IMG/VR virus record: IMGVR_UViG_3300013426_000026
Location: 1-64,000 of that record
From: a virus
Taxonomy: Duplodnaviria; Caudoviricetes
Strand: one strand, 5' to 3'
Length of the DNA: 64,000 nt
Within the stretch, counting starts at the first letter, position 1. Each line of letters opens with the position of its first letter. The position numbers and the translations under genes were made by a program. The notes beneath the pieces were generated by a model that worked only from the letters and a program-made list of their open reading frames with translations, was not told the DNA's origin and ran no database searches. Below are positions 57,201-64,000 of this stretch, piece after piece.

Positions 57201-57648
57201 AAAATTAAAAAATAAAATAGATGAATATTTATAGAAAATTAGAAACAAAGATGAAGAATATAGCGTTGAAAATTTAATTATTGAAGGCGTTTAGCTTTTA
57301 GAAGAATATAAACCTTTATCTAGCATTCAAGAAAATAGCCAAACAGATGTATGGGAAAATGGTAGCTAGCAATTAGTTATTTATAATTTTGATGGTATTG
57401 ATAGTATTGAAATAGAAGCAGATGAGGGTACGGATTTAATGATGTATCGTTAGACTACCTATGACCCAGATAGTGGGACTTATAAAGTAGACAGAATCGG
57501 CACTCGTATTAGAATTGGTTCTACAAATAAATATGTATTAAAACCAATAGAGAATGAAGTTACGGATTTATATTTTTTATTGCCTAGTTATGCGATTATA
57601 AATTATAAAGCAATTGCTTCAATTGAAATTAAAGGGCTTCAAACTTAA
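54286..57648 (+). CDS. tail/baseplate protein (~1120 aa; TAG=Gln)
   Basis: AAGGAGG RBS; four track ORFs in one frame; KLFKSATEGN..I.LTNV. Confidence 0.7.
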
Positions 57649-57671
57649 CAGAAAGGAGAAAACAGGAGTTT

Positions 57672-60600
57672 ATGAGAGAATATTTAAAAGATAGTAAATT
57701 TTTATCTATGTTAGATGAAATGCGCATTAAAAAGCATTACGCTAAAATAACTGTCTTAACTTTTGTTGACGAAAAACCTCTGCGCGAGATTTAGGGTATT
57801 GCGACGGCGGGTTCAGTTACTGTTAATGGTGAAGCCTCATTACGTAGAACAATTAGTCTAACTGTTAGTAGTATCGAAGATGAAAATGATATTACCAATA
57901 TAAAAAATATTATTTCAATGAATAAAAAAGTAAAAGTAGAAATTGGTCTTGAGAATCCTTTTCGAGAATATGCTGATTATGGAGAAATTATCTGGTTTCC
58001 TATTGGAACTTATGTAATTAATCAAGCTACTACTTCTATCTCAGCCTCTTCGGCAAATATATCTATCTCTGGTAAAGATAAAATGTGTATGTTAGATGGT
58101 ACCTGTGGAGGTACATTGCCTTCGTCAGTTACATTTCATGAAAGTCAATATGAAGATGAAAATGGGGATATCCGCACCGAAGATGTTCCCATTTTTACAA
58201 TTATTAAGGAGTGTGTTACACATTTTGGGAAAGAACCAGAATAGAATGTTATTATTAATGATGTAGATATGACGGCTAAATTAAGTACTAAATATATAGG
58301 TCAAGATCCAATTTGGTTTTCAAAAGATTATCAAAGTTTTATTATTAGCAAAGATGCACCAACTGATGAAAATTTTTTATAGCATAAATTTGTATATGGC
58401 CAAGATGCTGGCTATCAAGAAACTGATTTAACTTATCCCGGCGAATTAGTATTTTCTGCGGGGGACACAGTAACTGCGGTTTTAGATAAAATTATTGAAG
58501 CTCTTGGCAACTATGAATATTTTTACGATTTAGATGGTCATTTTGTATTTCAATAGAAAAAGAATTATTTAAATTATTATTATACACCAATTACTTAGAT
58601 TAATGATAATTATTATATAAAAGCTTTCTCCGATAGCAAATATTATTATACTTTTATTAATGCTAAGGATGCTTTATCTTATTATAATAGTCCTAAGTAT
58701 GAAAATATAAAAAATGATTTTATTGTTTGGGGCGATAAAACAAACTCAGAAGGCATTACAAAAACTATTCAATATCATTTGGCGATTGATGAAAAACCTA
58801 TTATAGATCTAGCTAATCAATATATGTGGGAAGTTAAAAATGGAAAAGATGAACATTGTTATTATTTGTTTGAGTATGAACGAAATAATTATGATAATCT
58901 TCCAGAACCAAAACCAATAGAGATTAAATATGATAATAATGCCTCTGAGACTAAAGATGAAACTATTGAAAATGATATTCGTAATTATGTTGCTGAAAAT
59001 CTTTTATAGAATTATTCTTTTACAACTGATGATTATTTCATAGTTTATTTTAAAGTTATTTTTTTAAATGAAATCAGATATTATTCAATTAAACTTTAGA
59101 GCAAAGAAATAATTGAATATAAATATTTAGAGGAATATACAGAAACTATTGCTTTTACTTATTTGGCTTTTGCGGTTTATCCTAAAAAGGAAGATGGGAC
59201 AACCATTGCTGATGATGATACTTCAACTGGGGATACTTCAGGAGGCAATTATGGTGGTTTCGGCGGAGATGATGATTTTAATTAGATTTAGCCTAGAGAT
59301 AATGTTAATTCAACAATATCAAGCACCTCTTCTTCATCGGCTTTATTTGGAACAAAAGATAGCGAAGAAAAGGATGAAGAGAAAGTAAAGGCTTATTTTT
59401 TAGCAATAATTCGACGAGTTGATAATAAAGTAGAATTAGGATATTACGATAGTGAAAAGCAATGGACTAAAGTTTATGAAATAAATGAAGATTTATCTTT
59501 AGATAATTTAGAAAATTTAATAAAAAGAATTTAGAATGGTTTTTATCTTAAAATATTGCAAGATAAAAAATTTAACGAAGAAAATAAAGATTATGATTTT
59601 TCAATCATTGAATTAACTAATACAGTTTCTTCTATGAACAGTGAGATTATTAACTATAAACTTGTTTCTTATGATGAAAATGGGGTTTTAAAAGAATATG
59701 ATTATATTCTTCCAACAGATTATGAAGAAATTAAAGATAAAGAAGATAAAATATTGTTATCTTAGGAATAGCATAATAATATAATCGCCTCTTTATTAAA
59801 ATACTATAAAGAGAATAAAGAAGATTTAATCTCTGATTTAAATTTAATTTTTGATTATGAAGTTGATGAAGAAGATAATGATAAAGATGAAAGTCAAGAT
59901 AATACTGACCCAGTGATGCTTTTGCCGTTTCTAGACCCAGTAGATGGCGAAAAAGAAAATTTAAAAATATTGAAAGACGAAGATGAGTTAATAAAGTAGA
60001 TATTTATTCTTCGGGATAGTGGGAATTATTTAATTGAAGATTTATTAACGGAAATTTTAAAAGCCTATAATTCTAATATAATAGATTTTCCTATTTTGCC
60101 TGATAACAGTAAAAATAAAATTATTGTTAATATCCCAGAAGAACCGGAATTAGATTACGAGGATAATTTTTATTTTACCTTAATTGGTAGTCCTTGCGGT
60201 GAATGGCGCGAAGAGCTATTCCGGCAAGCGCTTTTAAATAATGAAAATGGCGCACAAAAAGGAGATTATGATGATGAACTTTTGGCTAAAGTTAATCAAG
60301 AATATCTTTGGCGCGCACAGCTATTTAATCCATTAAATGAAGAATGGCATGAAGAGTGGAAAGCGCAAGTTGATATTGAAGGTGAAGATACATGGCAAGG
60401 ATGGAACCCAGCTATTTATATTGACCCTAGTCTAATTACTTATTGGTTAGATTTTATTGATGCCGATTAGTTGGTATCAAATTATTCTGTTAATTAGATT
60501 GGTCGAAGAACGAAAACTTTGACTAAGACAAATTTAAGTTTATTATATAAGTTAGAAGTTCCTGATATTATTTTCTTTGAAAATACTAATGAAGCGGATT

Positions 60601-60926
60601 CGATTTAGAAAATAGAATAGTATCAATTAGAAGGATAGGCTTATTGCGCGTTAAAACCTGCCCAAATGAAGTTGTTTAGTTCTAGTGCTACTGGTAGCAC
60701 AGCTTTTGATTATATTAGAGATATGTTATATCAGTATCTTATTTATAATCTTACAATTACTATAAATTGTACGCCAAGATATTATTTGGAACCAAATAAT
60801 TTAATTTACATAGATGATAAAAAAAGTAATATTAAAGGTGAGTTCGTAATTACTCAATATACTTTACCATTAACTTATAATGGTAATATGTCAATTACAA
60901 CTAATGAAACTTTAACAAGAGTATAA
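57672..60926 (+). CDS. baseplate hub/tail tip protein (~1084 aa; TAG=Gln)
   Basis: five track ORFs in one frame; WFPIGTYV..GKDKMCMLDG, YEYFYDLDG and PRYYLEPN..I hub-like motifs. Confidence 0.7.
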
Positions 60927-60939
60927 GGAGGGAAATAAA

Positions 60940-61674
60940 TTGGCTCAAAATTTTGCATAGATAGTATATAATCTTGAAGATTACAGCGGGTCTGGCGGTT
61001 TAATTTCTACTAAAAAATTTGGTGATACAAATTCATAGATTGTAAATGTAGTGTATAGTGATGTACCAGCACCTATTAAAAATTTTGATAATTTAAATGG
61101 TTAGATTACCGAAGTCATTAATAGTTTTGAAGAATATGAAAACGCTAAAATAGATATATATAATTCTAATGTATTAGGCCCATGGGAAGGCACGTTGATT
61201 AAAAAAATTGGTATTCAAGGGCCTCCTGGAACTAAATTTATTATTGGCGATAGTGGGACTACCAATAGTATGGATCATGTGATTATGATTGGCCGAACTG
61301 GCATATATGAATTAAATGATGATATAGTAATTAAAAAATTATAGTTTATTAGACCTCTCATTTATAAAATTGACGAAATTGCTAGTAAGAGTTTAACTAC
61401 TACTGGATTAGCCCAAATGACGAAGGCAAGAGATGATTTTTTGGCTAATGTAGAAGGTATTTCTTACCAAGGTAATGTACCGCCTTATTCTGAAACTAAT
61501 AGTGAATATTGGGATTAGTATTAGCAATATCATAAACAATATGTTTCAGCTTATCGAAATGGTTTGGCTTTGTATTTAAAAGGCAAGGCCGGTATTTATA
61601 CTGAAGATGGCAGTAATAGTGATTTATATAATATTATAATTGATTTTACATATGAAGGAGTGAGAGTAGGCTAA
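60940..61674 (+). CDS. hypothetical tail protein (244 aa; TAG=Gln)
   Basis: AGGAGG RBS; KIGIQGPPGTKF and IGRTGIYEL; TAATG-coupled to the next gene. Confidence 0.65.
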
Positions 61675-64000
61675 TGTATAGTTTTTATGGTGGCCAAAAA
61701 GGTCAAGATTTTAAAATAAGTCGAATTTTTTCTAACCGAGCTGTAGATATGCTTGGAGATTTAAAAATGCGATGGACATCACCAGTTGGTGTTGGCGAAT
61801 ATGTTTTTATTAGTTATGGCGATCCTTCATATATGAATGAAGAAGATTCGGTCTATAATGAAAATTTATAGATTGATTTAAAAGCTTCGGGTAAATCTTT
61901 TACTAATTCTTTGTGGCAAAAAATTTATGTTGATAAAAATTTAGAGGTTTCTCCTGACTTTCCCGATGGAGACAATAATGTTTATATCTTTTTGAATCTG
62001 GACGATACAGAAAGTGAAGAATACGGCAATTCTTTAAAAGAGACATCGGATTTAGAAACTGAAGAAAACTTCGGTTTGGGATATAGATTAATCGCTTGTA
62101 TAACTGGCGTTACGCCTCGTATTAGAGTTTTTCATCAAACAATTAATCTTGAAGATGGAGACCCTTATGTGACTTTGGATTTGACTAATCCTGATACACC
62201 AAAAATTAAATTCTATTTATAGCGTGGATAGAGAATTAATGATTTATATAAAACAATGATAGGTTCCTAGGAAGAGCCTTCTATTGATTATATTGTTGAT
62301 TCTAACTTTTATTATAAAGATAAAGATGGAAATAATAAATAGGCAACTTTAACAAATCCTTATGTTAATTTTAATTTGCCAAAAGCGCCAACATTTTTTA
62401 CTGGTGGTTTATTTGGCGCCGGTGCGTTATCAAGATTTCGTAATATTGGATATATTAATGATGATTTAACTAAATACGTTAGTGATGAATATACCTTATA
62501 TCAAAGTGATTGTAAATTAATTAGTGATATTAGTTGGTTTTTACGCAGAATGCTATATGCGGATAATGTAGAATATACTTATAATGAAACCACAGATACA
62601 ATAATTATAGATAATGGAAATCATTTTAATTTACAACTTCCAGAAAATTATAAAGGAACTGCTTATAAATCTGGCATTTGGATTTAGAGCGATAACCAAA
62701 TTATTTTTAATATTTTAAATAATACTTCTCTTAAAAATGAAATTGCTGAATTTAGATAGAATTTAATTGATACTTATAAAATTAGTGATAATTTTGAAGA
62801 TGGTGATGAAAGCGACCAAAGAACAAAATGGTATTGGATAAGACCTGAGACTGGGGAATAGATTAGTCTTTGGAATACAATGATTAACTTTTACCCAACT
62901 TTATTAAATTCAATTCATGAATTAGCTTATGCAATTTTTTGTTATTTAATGGTTATTGAGAGCTAGACTTAGCCATTTTATATTGATAATATAAATATTT
63001 GTAATTATTTAGTTTCTGTTTTTAATTTATATGCTAGTATAGATGTTCATTTTAATGAGATATTAGAAAAAGGATTTAAAGGTGATTTTTATATTAATGA
63101 ACCAACTGGTAAAATTTATGAGATTGCTGAGGTTGGGAAAAAATATATTATTGTTTTATATTTGGGAGCATTAACGGCGCCTGCTCCGGTTCCTGAGAAT
63201 ATATTTATTTCTAGTTTTTATAAAGCCAAAGATGGTACTTATTAGAAGAATCAGTTTTCTGTTTCATCATCTATACAAGAATTAAATAATGATAAATATT
63301 AGGAAATTTATAAATTTGAACTTCCTAAACTTCCCGTATCTAAATTTACTACTACAAGGACTGATAATTTAAATAGTTATGAAATTGATGAACCAGTGCC
63401 TTTAAATGAAAATGATCAGGAAATAAACGTAAAGACCCCAATGCCTATACATATTTTTACTCCCGATGATGAGTATAATATGTATATAACTGTTAATGGT
63501 GAGTTTGGTTTTAAGAAAGGTAAAAATATTTTTTCTTTAATTGATGCTCCAATAGGAAAAGGTGATTTATTTATAAATATTACATCTAATGGTTCTAGTG
63601 CGTATTAGGGTAATGTTTATCAATGTAAATTATCTTATGACGAAATTCAAGAAAGAATTAAAAATTATCAAGGCCCAACTATTACGCTTAAAGATATCTG
63701 GGATTAGGATAATCCTCTTGGGAATATCTAGGGGCAATCTGGTATCCCTATTGCAACTTAGGTAGTTAATTTATATAGTAAATTACCGGCGGATTTTGCG
63801 AATGATTTTGGTAATAATAAGGTTATGTATGTCGGTTTCGTAGATGGAACTACTGATAATTTTATTTATTATATTAACCCATCAGTAATAGAAGACGACG
63901 AATTCAACTTAGAGATTTTAATTAAGAATAATGTATTAAATGGATAGCAACGTGGTATTAAAACTAGCGATGATATACCATTATTTAATATTGATTTTAA
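61674..64000 (+). CDS. putative tail fibre/minor tail protein, partial (runs off the window; TAG=Gln)
   Basis: four track ORFs in one frame from MYSFYGGQKG; no TAA or TGA seen before the window end. Confidence 0.65.

Noticed and set aside
20351-64000. Decayed prophage or mass pseudogenisation suggested by the fragmented ORF track
   Set aside because: Outside the introns the interruptions I checked are all TAG, frames are preserved, and RBSs and gene coupling are intact, which fits recoding rather than decay.
1-64000. Suppressor tRNA(CUA), release factor or aminoacyl-tRNA synthetase
   Set aside because: I recognised no cloverleaf, T-loop or matching protein motifs by eye; a tRNAscan-SE run is needed to exclude them.
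51132-64000. Diversity-generating retroelement or invertible tail fibre cassette
   Set aside because: No reverse transcriptase, recombinase or template/variable repeat pair was seen in this window.

Overview
This is a 64-kb segment of a large tailed dsDNA phage. The long tape measure and absence of a sheath gene suggest a siphovirus; sigmaA-type promoters, strong Shine-Dalgarno sites, AbrB and an ECF S-component suggest a Bacillota host. The standard-code ORF track is misleading because the phage appears to read TAG as Gln (genetic code 15). With that reading, the fragmented region 20.3-64 kb becomes an intact morphogenesis operon: regulator-like gene, TerS-like gene, TerL, portal, protease/scaffold, decoration, major capsid, neck genes, tail tube, chaperone, a ~3100-aa tape measure protein and tail-tip/fibre genes. 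Four more hidden genes appear at 1.5-4.7 kb. The leftward early region (5.6-20 kb) has no in-frame TAG and no TAG stops in the genes I read. It is an array of small gene cassettes with about 17 near-consensus sigmaA promoters, shared leaders, recurrent intergenic motifs and several paralog pairs. Five group I introns interrupt the late genes: one in the TerS-like gene, three in TerL and one in the tail tube. Two TerL introns appear to have non-canonical splice sites (a C-G pair instead of U.G; a terminal A instead of G). Intronic and free-standing homing endonucleases are themselves TAG-recoded. A separate bipartite motif (TWGGNYWW-N-ATTTT-N-AT-rich) precedes several recoded transcription units and is a candidate late promoter. 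I saw no tRNA, release factor, integrase or CRISPR array. All calls come from manual reading, and long recoded ORFs were checked mainly by frame continuity rather than codon by codon.
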